This document shows, piece after piece, positions 13,508-26,153 of a stretch of 64,000 nucleotides of DNA. A program made the position numbers and the translations under genes. Origin of the DNA: Pocillopora damicornis (Eukaryota); contig NW_020847747.1 in NCBI RefSeq assembly GCF_003704095.1, positions 124,001 through 188,000 on the forward strand. The letters are read 5' to 3'. The number at the start of each line of letters is the position of its first letter. Within the stretch, counting starts at the first letter, position 1. Below the pieces are notes generated by a model that worked only from the letters and a program-made list of their open reading frames with translations, did not search any database and was not told the DNA's origin.

Positions 13508-16500
13508 CTACTCCTCGTTGACCAGCGGTTCCATGGGAACCTTGGACTTGACCTCGCTTGTGGCCTCGTCATAGGATGGAGGCTTCACCTTCAGGGCGCC
13601 AATGGGTGTAGCTCGGCGCTTCTTGCAGCAGTAAACCATACCAGAAATCAACAAAGACAAGCCTAAGATGGCGCTGATGACAACAGCGGCCTTAACGGCT
13701 CCAGGTTGGCGTTTAAACCAGGCATAAGCCCCTGCAAAAGAAAACAACGGTATTACTTACGACAACTGTTCTCTCTCTTTTATAATCTCTTACCTACGAT
13801 GATTGCGTTCTGATAGCAGACCGCTCCACTAGAGGCGCGGTTACCTAATGCTTAGCGCGCTCTTCTCTCGATCGAAAGGTTTGAGTCACTCTGCTTTGTT
13901 AACAGGAAATATACTTTTCGTCACCAACTCTTCATCTTGGAGCTCTCCCCTTTTAACTGCGCCCAAACGCCCACCCCTCTCTCCCCCACAAATTTTCTTT
14001 TCTCGTCCCCAGACTCCAAAGAGAAACAGGCAGTGCTAACGATGGGAGTTGAGTACTTACTGCTGCATCGTCCCTTATGATGACCTTTGTGCCCATCATG
14101 GTTTCCCTCGTCATCATAATCTCCCCCCATTGGCAGTTTTCCTTGTAACACTGGCTCGTCCAACTCTATACCATCCACAGACAAGTCCAGCTGAAGAGCA
14201 AATAGTCAAACAAGATAAAACGGATTGTATCACCTTCATCCCTGGATATTCAGAATAAAAAATTGAATGCTGGACAAGACGAGACGAGATTAACAACAAT
14301 ATTTTTCCATTGATTGGCGCGAGAAAAGGTGTAAAGAGAAAAACGGAGCTTGGATGCAAAATCGCTTCTAAGCATAAAAAAATGTTTCTATTCGTTTCCT
14401 TTCACACGATCCTTAAAATATTTTTTTTGTTGGAACAACCTCTCAAAGATAATCGATACAATACTCTGTCAGCATATTTACCTTGAAAGCAATTCCTTTC
14501 GCAGTTTTTTCCATTGTCAAAGACACAAACATGCCCTTCACTGGAGAACCTTCCACCTCATACTTGTCCCCACTCTGGAAGGTGTGTGACCAGTCGAACT
14601 TAGGCGACAGAACGTATACTTTGATCTCTGCGCTCAGGGGTTCTTTGGAACTGTCAATCATTAGGACAACCTTCACAGTTTTACCCAAAATTTCACGGTG
14701 GCAGGAGAAGGTGTCGCACTTCCCAGATACGGTGCATTGGAAAGGCAATTTGTTGGATGTGATCGGTTCAGGGCATTTAGGATGCTCTTCACCCTTTCCC
14801 TTTCTGTGACGATCTTTATCACCACGGCTATGGTGTCCACCTTTAGCTGAGATGAATTAAAATTATTCTTGTTAGATTTGGGATGGCAGGTTGTTCTAAA
14901 GCCTGAGCTAAACGCCTTAAATTGTTCGAGACATCATAATCACAACAAATTGTGGCTAAATCCTAATGTTTCTTACAACTTTCTAAACAACAAGCACACA
15001 CAGAAACCCACAAGAGATCTGCACTAACCCTTCAGCGAGGGTAGCACAGTTAACGCGTGACGCGTGAATTTTGTAGAAAGGTGAGGTAAAGTGAAGCGAA
15101 GCTTTCTCTCCTTGATTCGCCGGTGACGCGTGAAATAATAGTCAAAGTACACGTGACGCGTGAGTTTTACAGACAGCAGGGTAAGGCGAGATTTTAAGTT
15201 TTCCCTCTAAATTCGTGACGCGTGAAATACTGTCTAAAGAACACGTGACGCGTGAATTTTTCTTAATTTCGTGCGTGGAATGGTATCAGGACCCCCCCTC
15301 CTTGCCACCCTCTTCGTAATTGTTTGTTACTTGAACTCTTCTCAAAACAGAAGGATTTAACGAAAGGAAAAATCAGCTTAAGGGCTGTTTCAGTCAGCTT
15401 CCTAAGAAAAGTACGCAAATTGTTCTGATGAAAGTTATCTCAGGCCGGAATATCTAACTTCTAGCTCTAGTAACGGACAGCTGGTTTGACAGATGGTTCC
15501 TGTACTAAAATCTGCGGTTGAATTTCGATAAATATCTTTCTTCGAGTGCTGGGTTTTATGAACGAATTTGAGTTTTTTTTTCCTCTACCTCTGCTCGCTA
15601 GGCGAACTTGATAGTTTTTCTTCGGTAGTCGAACTCTTGCCTCTGCCGACAAACATTCAAAGAATTTCTCGAATTATGGCGACTTCGCGGATAATTACAT
15701 TGAGGGAAACCTGCAATTTCTTTCAAAACATGGCAGAGTAATACAAAGGTGGTTTTGATTCTGCCCATACAAGGAAAGTCACAAATTCTTCTAAGTAACC
15801 TGATTGCAAGAAATATATTGTGTCGCCTGTTCCTAAACGAAATGGCACGAAGCTTGATCCGTGACCAGCGCTGTTCGGGTGCGAAAACAGGACTCGCGCG
15901 AAGAAAAACCTAAAATAAGCTGGGGCCAGTAGCAACCGGTAATGTTACATTATTCTTGCATTATTAACGCTCTCTAATATGACAAATTCACTAATACGAC
16001 AGTTTCCTAAGAAAGGAGGAAGGTTTCTAAATTAAGTAACAATCGAGTCGGCAGCTTGTTTTGGCTAAGCTAATGTTTCTTACACAGCTGAAAGTCGGAC
16101 GACATAAATTACTTGAGCTAAAATGAAAAAAGGAAGGAGGCACATAAAAATTAACTTCTTTCAATTTTCGAGCCGGAAAACCTTTATCAATGTGGAGAGA
16201 TTCATTAGCGGGAATCCATTCGTTACCGCTACTGTTATGTAGTTGTAGCTTGTGGACGAAGTAGGGTCCAAGTAAATGTGATGTAAGGAAATAGGGGTGG
16301 GTAGGTGAGGCTGTTTTTTAGTTGAAGACATTTTCTTCGCTCTTTACAGAGCAAAACTGCATCCTATTTGAGGCTAGGAGCCGACGAAAATCGAAATACA
16401 GCGATGAGTTTTTCAACTGTCATTACTGAGGTTCCGAGCAGGTCAAGCGGAACCAAGTTGGAGTGGAAACCGAATGACGCAGCAACTTTCGAATCAATTT

Positions 16501-17238
16501 TTTCATCGGGAAACCAAAATAACATCGTAGATCTAGAAAAACGCTCATATAGAGGAATAGATTTTGAAGAAATAAATAACAACCCACGGTGCAAGCACAT
16601 AGGACAATAATTTTCGATGAAGTAAGAAATTTTATGCATGCAAAGTCTGCAGCATTAACATTACGTCACAGGACAAAAACAGCTGCCATATACCGTGTTT
16701 TGCAGCTTAAAAACGACATGCACGAATTTCTACAAAGTAGTTCGATTGAAAGTTAAAGGCAAGCTACAAAAGTTATGAGAGACGTCGACATAGTGCAGAA
16801 ATTCTAGCCGCGAGCACCATTAACCACAACATGCGTATAGCCTAATAAGCTCTCCAAATGCTTACAGGGCCGAATGAAGAAGCTTGCTTCGTTTCACTGC
16901 AGATTTAAGTCTGAAAAATTTTAACGCAAAAATTTTTCTTAGCCTAAATGCACATATCCTTTATGTAATAGGATAAAATCATTGCAAGGTGACGCCAATC
17001 CAAGAGGTTTTGCACAGAATATTACATAACTGCTTTGTTGTTCAAGTTTCAAATCGCCTTCAGCAATACAGCTTATCGAAAATACCACGAAAATGTGAGA
17101 CTAAGCTCAGTATTTTCTCATAAATCTAAATTAAAATAATTTGCTTTCAACTTCCTGTTTCATCTGTAAAAAAAACTCACCCAAAACAGTGGAAACCAGG
17201 CCCAAAATAAACAATGCAATGCAAAGTTTCATCTCCAT
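13508..17238 (-). CDS. Gene 3 of the family, ~258 aa, His-rich linkers, PPSY tail
   Basis: Exons 17238-17181 (MEMKLCIALFILGLVSTVL), 14846-14482, 14190-14061 and 13731-13508; 777 nt, open frame. Tail ...CCKKRR...KPPSYDEAT..KVPMEPLVNEE*. Confidence 0.85.
15033..15316. repeat. Short element with multiple GTGACGCGTGA motifs and short inverted ends
   Basis: At least five gtgacgcgtga copies; ends gagggtagca / tgccaccctc. Confidence 0.6.
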
Positions 17239-18444
17239 CTTTTCGTCTTCGCCACACACTGACACCTGATAATAAATATTCATCACTAGACCTCTCACGG
17301 ATTTCCGTCATACGGTTACCAGGCAACCAAAACAAAATAAATAAGGGAACAAAAGAGGTACTCATTTTCTTAGAACACCTAAACCAATGAGTTACTTCAA
17401 TAAACAAAGAGAAGGCTAAATTGATCAAAACAACTGAACGTAATGCTCTTAAATTAAGATTTCGCGAACGTTGGAGGAATTATTGACACGCAACTGCACA
17501 TCACGTGAAAATACTTACATAGGGGGTAACCGCTATATTTATTGATACAGAAAAAGTAAATATTACGATTGGTTATATCATACGAAGAACCCTAGGGCGC
17601 TTCTGTTGAGAAGGAGATTAAGTGGGAGGAGAGGTTTTGTGAGTGTAGATAGACGCAAAAAGGGATTTTAGGGGTTTTAAGGAGGGGTAACAGACGAGTA
17701 GGGGAGAGTTTAATTCTGGTTCATTCGTCTGTTTTGTGTCTTATGTTAACATTCAATTCACCTCGCCTGATGCAATGCTACTGTAAACCATTAGAAGATG
17801 GTAAATTGACATATTTAATATTCTAAAAAAAAAAAAATTCTCTCCTTCACAGACACTTTTCAACAGAGCAAATATTTATGAATATAAATGAAATATTAAC
17901 AAGATGTTAAGTCAGAGACAACATGGTATTTCTGACGAATGAGTCTGCGAATNNNNNNNNNNNNNNNNNNNNNNNNNNNNNNNNNNNNNNNNNNNNNNNN
18001 NNNNNNNNNNNNNNNNNNNNNNNNNNNNNNNNNNNNNNNNNNNNNNNNNNNNAATATCAAAGTGGATCCTTGTCTATGATCCTATCAAAAGTTTTTGATT
18101 AAAAATGTCAAATGTTTTATGATACAACTCATCAAGAAATGTGACAGTGAGAGTGCACACGTGACCCATGCTTTCACTCTTATTTCCAATGGCAACAGTC
18201 AAAAAGAAAACCTTTATTGTACATACTAAAAATACATGACTTCCTCGTTTGAAATACATTGATGAGAATAACATTTCTACGACTTGAAAACGGACCCTAA
18301 GGATCCAAAACTGCATAAGTAACTCAGAATAAAACCAACAACAGTTAAAATAGAACGATATTAGAAAAAACTAAGTAACTACAAGTAAATACTCGGTGTT
18401 AAAGTTATAACTCGTTTAAGGTCGCTCTTGCCCTCACTTGTGAC

Positions 18445-21400
18445 TTAAATTTCGTTGACCAGCGGCTGCATCGGGACTTTGGTTTTGGTAGAGGTAGCCT
18501 CATCATAGGATGGCGGCATGACCTTAACATGGCCAGTGGTAGTGGCTCGCTTCCTCCTGCAGCAATAAGCCACGGTGATTGAAAACAAAACCAAGAACGC
18601 CACGGCACTTGATATTATAAGCGCCTTATACGGTGCGCGCAATTTTTTAAACCTGTTGATATGCCCTGAAAAATAAAAGAAAAAAGAAATTAGTATACTG
18701 AGGAAAAACCCCCTTGCCTCTTCGCGCAACGGTATCTTCACAGCGCGGAAGGCCAACAAGAATGAGACTGGAACGCATGGTTTCCTTCCCATCATCCCTT
18801 TCCATATACACCTTTTACGCGCTGTGTGCACTAGGCAGACGACTGGGAACAAGCCATGTGCCCGATTGAAACAAAACAACTTGTTTGGTTATAAGAAACT
18901 TACGTTTGTTACAGAAGTAAATCTGACGCTTTTCTGCAGCAAAAAGGAGACTTTGGGGGTATGCCGAAGTTTACATGCTGCGAAAGTCAGAACGGTCGAA
19001 TTTTCTTGAAATATTTGTGCAAATGATAAGTTTCAGCGCGCCTTTCAAGTAAACCTCTTCAGTAAATAAGTAAGATCCCTTTTTTAAACACGATGAGAAT
19101 AAGGGCATTTCATGCTTAAGGGGTTGTCTGTAACTAGCTACTAACCCAAATAACCTACAAGTAAAAGTGGATAAAATATATCAAACGAATAATCAGACTT
19201 AGAAGTACTTAGTAAATGACTTTGATAATACGTCGTGAAAAATTGAGCGCCCTCGCTCATGTTAAGAATTTGCGAGCGCTACTATGCGCCGAACAGGGTG
19301 CGCAGTTCATTGCTGGGGAATTCCTTTCGCAAAGTTGAAGAGTAACAAAATTTTGGACTCAAATTTAATTCAGGGGATAAGAAAGAGGACACAATAACAG
19401 TGTGGGCGTGGTTCTACTTTACCGGATAACAGGAATCTAACTTACACCCGCACACTACCATTTGAGGCTCCTCAATGGCTGGAATTTTTCCTTCAATGAG
19501 TGTTACTGTGTAAGGCTTCTTTGTCAATTCTGCCCGGCCTACCAGGTCAATCTAGTTGTAAAACAAGAATTATTGAACTTTGAAAATTTCACTCGAGATA
19601 TATAAACAATAACCTCCATTTGGCACGAAAATATTTTCGGATATTTGTCCGCGGACATCATCTGATCCGAGATGCGAAGAGTTTCCGAGAGTGAAGCTCG
19701 AGGAAAACTGCGAGCTTCGAGGAAAAGATAATGTTCAAGAACAACTACACGAGCACATTTTTGTGCCAAATGGAGACTAAATTAAATGTGTTTATCATCC
19801 TTTTTTCACCTGCAATGCGGGTGTAAAACGTAAGCAAACAGCTTTCTGTTTTGGGATATTGATCAAATGAAGCCTTTAAGTGCTACTGTGGTTCTTTCTT
19901 TATTCACTCCGAGCTTTCGCCGTTCTACGGCATCATCAGGGAGCATGATCCCTGATGATGCCGTAGAACGGCGAAAGCTCGGAGTGAATAAAGAAAGAAC
20001 CACAGTAGCACTTAAAGGCTTCATTTGATCAATATCCCACATCATTACGACATGCTACTAAAGGACACGTTCAAACGTTTAGCTTTCTGTTTGTTCGTTG
20101 GATGTTTACTTTTCAGTGTTCTGTGGTAGGACTTAATTAACAAACAAACATGTCGCTTGTTCTGTGACAATAGCTTAACGCTCTCTCATTTTGAATTGAA
20201 ATTTAATGAATGCTTTTATCGAAGTAGACGTATGCTTTGAAAACTGGGGAATATCACTTGGGGATGTCCTCAGGTATTCTTAGCGTTAGCTCGGGCATAT
20301 TCAATCACATGATGCGTTTATATCAATCGCGCGCGAGAAAAAATATCAGATGAATTTTAAAAATCAATGTACTTGACTTTAATATCAACTAAAAGAGAAC
20401 TTTTTAAGGGAGATGGGGCTGAAAAAGTTCTTCAAATGGAAATGAGAGTGCAGTTTACCTTGAAACTTAGGGTGCCATTATCTTCCGTCATTGCAACTCG
20501 AATGGAAGCATCAACTTTTCCGAATGGTAATCCTTTAATATCCAGTGGGAATCCGGGAACCTCAATTTCCTCTCCATTTTTTACCCTGGCCGACCAATCA
20601 AATCCAAGCTTCGGAACTGACATGATGACGTCAGCACTCATGGGATCATCCCATGTGTCAAAGTTCACAGTCACTGTGATATCCTCGCGACTGAAGGGAA
20701 TTGAACACGTGATTTGGTCGCAGTTGTAAGACGTGGCGTTACATTTGATAGGAAGAGGAAGATTGGGCACCAGTTCGAGACGACATTCGTCTTGCCAACC
20801 TGCGAAAAAAAAATCAGTTGATTGTGAATAATCAATGATAATCAATATTAAATATATGAAATTGTTTGAGAGCAAATAGGAAGAAGAGCATATGTGTTGC
20901 TTTTTTTTTTTTTNNNNNNNNNNNNNNNNNNNNNNNNNNNNNNNNNNNNNNNNNNNNNNNNNNNNNNNNNNNNNNNNNNNNNNNNNNNNNNNNNNNNNNN
21001 NNNNNNNNNNNNNNNNNNNNNNNNNNNNNNNNNNNNNNNNNNNNNNNNNNNNNNNNNNNNNNNNNNNNNNNNNNNNNNNNNNNNNNNNNNNNNNNNNNNN
21101 NNNNNNNNNNNNNNNNNNNNNNNNNNNNNNNNNNNNNNNNNNNNNNNNNNNNNNNNNNNNNNNNNNNNNNNNNNNNNNNNNNNNNNNNNNNNNNNNNNNN
21201 NNNNNNNNNNNNNNNNNNNNNNNNNNNNNNNNNNNNNNNNNNNNNNNNNNNNNNNNNNNNNNNNNNNNNNNNNNNNNNNNNNNNNNNNNNNNNNNNNNNN
21301 NNNNNNNNNNNNNNNNNNNNNNNNNNNNNNNNNNNNNNNNNNNNNNNNNNNNNNNNNNNNNNNNNNNNNNNNNNNNNNNNNNNNNNNNNNNNNNNNNNNN

Positions 21401-22684
21401 NNNNNNNNNNNNNNNNNNNNNNNNNNNNNNNNNNNNNNGTGAAACTTCTGTGGCAGTTGGAGTTCCTTCAGTGTTAATTAAATATATTTGGTAATAAAGT
21501 TAAGTGAAGTACAAGAACCCTACCTCGATATCGGCCCCGCAATAATTAAAATAAAACTACCCACTATAGATAACAAGGTAACAATATCGATTCGTTTGAC
21601 CAAAAAGGTATTCCGTTTACAACGTTTCACTTGCAGCAGACAGCAAAATTAAAACTACGATTTTTCCGTCCATAGCATTCGGTTGGTGCTGAACCTAAAT
21701 TATACTTTCATTTAATTTGCATCGATTAAAATTCTGCCCGTGAATGCAGGTTTAAACGAACAACAACTTTTCTATATTGTATCACGTTTGATCGTATCGA
21801 TCATCATGTGATTTCAAACTGAAAAAAAAATGTTCGTTTTATCGGAGAGGTATTTGCTTACTGTAAGTCGCCTCAAATTGAGTTGCCTAACGCCGCTGGC
21901 TTTGATCGAATATTAGAAATTCACCAATTTCCGAATGAACCGTTGAAATCAATTGTCGTTCATGTCTCCTAGTTTATCGGCCTGGTTCAGAAAGACGCCA
22001 AGTTCATCCAAGGATAATTGGTTACATGTACTCCAGATGAATAATTGCAGTATTTTGTAAATTTAGATTCTGATGAAGCTAGAGAAGCGACCGCGTCATC
22101 AATGAATTGCAAGAAACGGAAAAATAGTCAAACAACGAAGCTTCGATTACAATCAATCAATGACGCAAAGGGACTTTTCAGACGCACTACCGAAATTTTT
22201 TACCGAGATCACCCAAATTTCCTTGGACTACTTATTAAAGAACACCTCACTAATAAAGCTCTTGATTATAACCTCAGCGTTTTTTCAACATTCTATAGCC
22301 TAAAAAAAAATTAAACGTCAAAAGTGTGGCGCTGAACAAGATGTTATGGTCAATTCTCTTCTCCAGCCTTAATGTAAACACTGTGAATGCGAGTAAACTT
22401 GAAAGATAAAACGCACTTTTGCATCACGCAGATGAATGAATACTGGTAAAGACATGAATTCATCTCCTACAATCGAAGACGAAACGATCTTTCCTTGCTC
22501 TGTGACTCCGAAATGATTCTCCTTCGAGTTATCAATACTAGCTACGTTGGTGCGATTCGCGATGGCAGAAGTAGTTATATAATCTTGAAGCGAATGAAAA
22601 TCATATCATTTTGTTGAAGGTCTTACCTAATGTTGTCGATAAAAGACTAAACACCAACAGGGAGAGAAAAATCTTTGTCATCAT
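18445..22684 (-). CDS. Gene 4 of the family, ~241 aa, PPSY tail
   Basis: Exons 22684-22627 (MMTKIFLSLLVFSLLSTTL), 20799-20459, 19551-19446 and 18665-18445; 726 nt, open frame. Tail MPPSYDEAT..KVPMQPLVNEI*. The gap at 20914-21438 lies in intron 1 and could hide an exon. Confidence 0.8.
19852..20039. repeat. Perfect palindrome (91-bp arms, 6-nt loop), probably an inverted PLE terminal repeat
   Basis: 19852-19942 is the exact reverse complement of 19949-20039; the loop is gcatga. Confidence 0.95.
19949..19983 (+). ncRNA. Minimal type-I hammerhead ribozyme core (mirror copy on the minus strand at ~19906-19944)
   Basis: tcc-CTGATGA-t-GCCGT(aga)ACGGC-GAAA-gc-TC-gga: conserved CUGANGA, GAAA and UH cores; 5-bp stem II; palindromic AGCU stem III; AATAAA downstream. 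Confidence 0.75.
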
Positions 22685-23568
22685 CCTTTGGCCTATAGTT
22701 TAACTGGGGAACAATCGGATGTGTTCTTGTTTTTATAAAGATCTGCCCGCTCACTACGCTATTACGAAATTTAAATTGGAAATTTATTCAGTATGACGTT
22801 ATAATCCCAGAGTCACGCGACCCTACGCCGCACCCAAAACCTTTTCTAAGAGACAAGAGAGGTAATCAACTTCTTCTTTTTCATGTGCAATGATTGATAG
22901 AATGATGAGAGAGTCTTCGTAACTTGCTTCCAAACGCTGATGAAGCAGTTTGCATCAAATGCCATTCTTCGAGTTCGTTGTTTTGGTGTGATTTTTTCAT
23001 ATTTTTCTTTATTCACATACATATATATATATTTTTAAAAAATTTTTTTTAATATTTTTGCTGCGGGAAGGATCGAGTCACGTCCTAAATACGACGTGTC
23101 CACAAAATCTCCGGAAGTGGTAAGGGTAAGTCTATTTTTAAATTTCTGCCCATGACTTTGTTCATTTTGCATGTGAAGTCTTGACAATATCGCGATAATT
23201 GAAAGGGGTGTTTAACTAAAAATAATCTCAAAAAGTGAGTTTTGCGCGAAAGAGTTGTGGCAAAAGAGAAACTCGGAAAAGAAGGTAATTTAGATGTGAT
23301 ATGAAAGGCTGCGTTACTTAACAAAAGAGACTGTACAATATTTCGTATTCAAGATGTTATAATACGTAAAATTAGACAAAATGTATTTTTATTTTAGAGC
23401 GTTGCCTCGCTTCAACTTTATTTTAAAATCGAAATTTCGAGCCGTATGTCCGTAATCATTCTAATTTCNNNNNNNNNNNNNNNNNNNNNNNNNNNNNNNN
23501 NNNNNNNNNNNNNNNNNNNNNNNNNNNNNNNNNNNNNNNNNNNNNNNNNNNNNNNNNNNNNNNNNNNN

Positions 23569-25257
23569 CACAGTCAGCTGCAAAATGAAGTTTGTCGACG
23601 AACCAATAACATACAAGTTGGAGGTATTTGTGTTCATAGATTTTGCAAGTTTCTTCATCAGTTTTGTTACTCATTGAAAGAAAAAGAGATATTGTGAGTG
23701 ATCTGAAAGACCTTTAAATTAACCCCAAAATGATTGAAATAAAACTTGAGTGCCAAATCTATCTAGTTTCCCATTGTCACCGAATTAAATCTGATATTTT
23801 ATCCTGCCCGCAAGGTCAATAGTTGTGATGACCCAGTCAGTGTAACAACTTCAATAGATGTACCTGATCTACGTATCTCTTGGTCTCATACTTACACCAG
23901 TGACGATACCGTAGAAGTCCCAGGATTCACCGCGTCGGTACCCGGTTCTTTATTGTCTGGCGGTGTGTACCTTCAAGTCTCTCTCACTCCGGACGGCGAA
24001 AGACTGCGTTTAACGGTCAGTGTTTTTCTAACCTCATATAAGACATGTTACGAGAAAACGCAATCGCAAGGGAGGAAATGCTCACCTGAGCTAATTTTAC
24101 CACGTGAAATCTGTTAGTTTAGAGCTTCCAGGAAATGCATGAGACAGAGAACAAAATGAAAATAATATGAAAAGGACCTCTTCGAGGCAAAAGCCTAGCT
24201 ATATATCCTGAGAAGTCCACTGATCTCGTGCGCAGTATTTGCGCCGTGTGTCCACACCTTGCGGCTACCCAACGTAACTCTCTTCTCGACGTCGTTCTCG
24301 CGGATCTCTTTATCCGAGAGACACTGGGTGTCTGATATAAAGCAGAGAGCTAAGTGTACTTTTCAATATTTCAACAGGTAAAACTGTTGGCTGGAGGAAA
24401 GATCTTCGGTAAAGAAGTTTATCCTATTAAAGCGACAGTGTTGGAGGGGGGTCTACCGATTAAGACAGACGAATGTGGTAAGTCCTTAACTCTGAATCTC
24501 AACACTCATCCGATTACACTTTCTAGACCACGCTCATAGTTTCGAATTTTATACATTCTTCTCTGTTGCCAAAATCAGTATGAAAATTTCTTTATTATAT
24601 CCATTTTGAAATCACTGGTGTACTTTCGGTCTGATTCGTTCTCAGTAGTGCGATTTATTCAGGAATCGCACCAATTTGTTCTCTTAATTCCACCTTTTTC
24701 CCAGCCAACGAGAAAGCATCACTAAAACCAACCAATCAGACTTCAAGGGCTGTTTGAAGTATCCAATCAAATTTCAGGAAAATAAAAAACAAAGAAGCCT
24801 TTGTATTGCGAATTTTGTAAATTTTGCCATTAAAACTCTTCTTTTTTACAAAAAATTGCAATCTCCAATTAAATAGATGTAATGTAGTAATAATTGGACA
24901 TGAATTATGTTCTGAAATCACATTTGTGATTCAAATCGTGTACGATTTCAGACCAAAGTGCAGTCCAATTAGTTTATTTATTATTGTTTGTATTTTAATC
25001 GAGGTGTCTTCGATTGGTGGCACGAGCTGAGTGACGTCACTAAGACGTTAGTGATCGGTGGCTGGGTAATAATCATCATCTTGATGGTCTCAAGCTGTTG
25101 TTGTTGCTGTTGCTGTAATTGCTGTAACTGTCGTTCATCCGGTCAAAATACCGTTGTGGTGCGACCTGCCCCTGCGGTGGCACCTGCTGTTATGGCAACA
25201 ACTTCAATGACCACCAACGTTACTATTCCAATGCAACCAATGGTGCACAGATTTTGA
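23569..25257 (+). CDS. Gene 5 of the family (poly-Cys subfamily; 5' end lost in gap)
   Basis: Exon remnant 23569-23623 (TVSCKMKFVDEPITYKLE), then 23815-24015 (VNSCDDP..WSHTY), 24378-24477 and 25004-25257 (WWHELSD, TM, SCCCCCCCNCCNC, ..IPMQPMVHRF*). Confidence 0.8.
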
Positions 25258-26153
25258 GTCGATTATTCAACGTGTTTAAATGTTTGTTTTATCAAAGTAA
25301 TGGCCAGACGGCTGGCACAGCGATTTGATTAGTGTCTACATTAGATGAATAAGAGATTCTGCGGCTTTTAGCACAAAAGATAACAACTTAAATAAGCGGA
25401 AACACCTGAACTTCTCGTCGCAATTTAGTTTTCTGCTGTCCGAGTCGAGGTAGCCTAGTACCCAGTCTTCACCTGCACGTGATTATTAACCGCAACTGCT
25501 GAGCTAGAAAAACCCTATGTTCTTTTGAAACCTGAAAAGTGATTTAAGCAAAGTAAAATACTTTTTTTGTTTTTATGAAAATTTCTCGTCTATTGTTTCC
25601 GTTTCTGGGTTAGTCACCAGTCTTTCACTTCAAGCTCAATGTTCACTTCTCAAGGTGCGAGAGCATTTTTTCAGAATTGGGGTACCTCGTCAATTATGCT
25701 AAATTCATCGATGGCAGAAAATATGGCTGTCACACACGTTGTTACGCAAACTTGATCTGTGATTACCCGAGTAGTCCACATCATTCTGTTAAATATTCCT
25801 ATATATAAGTTGCCATTTTCAACGGTCCGCATCGCTCGATTCATTCGTTCAGTCAAAGAGGATTACATTGATCACAATTTATGGCAGATATTATTGAGTT
25901 TTACAAAAGGAGCAACTGCCAAAGCAACCTCGTTCCCGGGGTCCTCTCGGAGGAAAGGAGAGAACCCTGGGAACGCAGTTGTTGCCATAACACGAACAAT
26001 TCCCAGAGACTGGAACCCCGCTTCTAGAAACAACGTCCAAACCAACTGGTCTCACCAAAGCCCGTCTGACCAAAGCCTGAGTAACTGTCACGGCAAATTG
26101 GACAAACACTTTACACCGAAGCTCTACGTTTGCTGAATTCTTCATGGTATAAA

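Noticed and set aside
13830-13890. tRNA-like sequence (also near 7140-7240 and 37340-37400)
   Set aside because: No complete cloverleaf; consistent with decayed tRNA-derived SINE heads.
15054-15256. Spaced GTGACGCGTGA repeats resembling a CRISPR array
   Set aside because: Repeats are too short, spacing is irregular, the context is a eukaryotic intron, and there are no cas genes.
20866-21494. Long ORFs made of X residues (also at the other gaps)
   Set aside because: Assembly N-gaps, not coding sequence.
21524-21610. Hydrophobic minus-strand stretch with a donor, as candidate gene 4 leader
   Set aside because: No ATG and wrong phase; 22684-22627 fits exactly.
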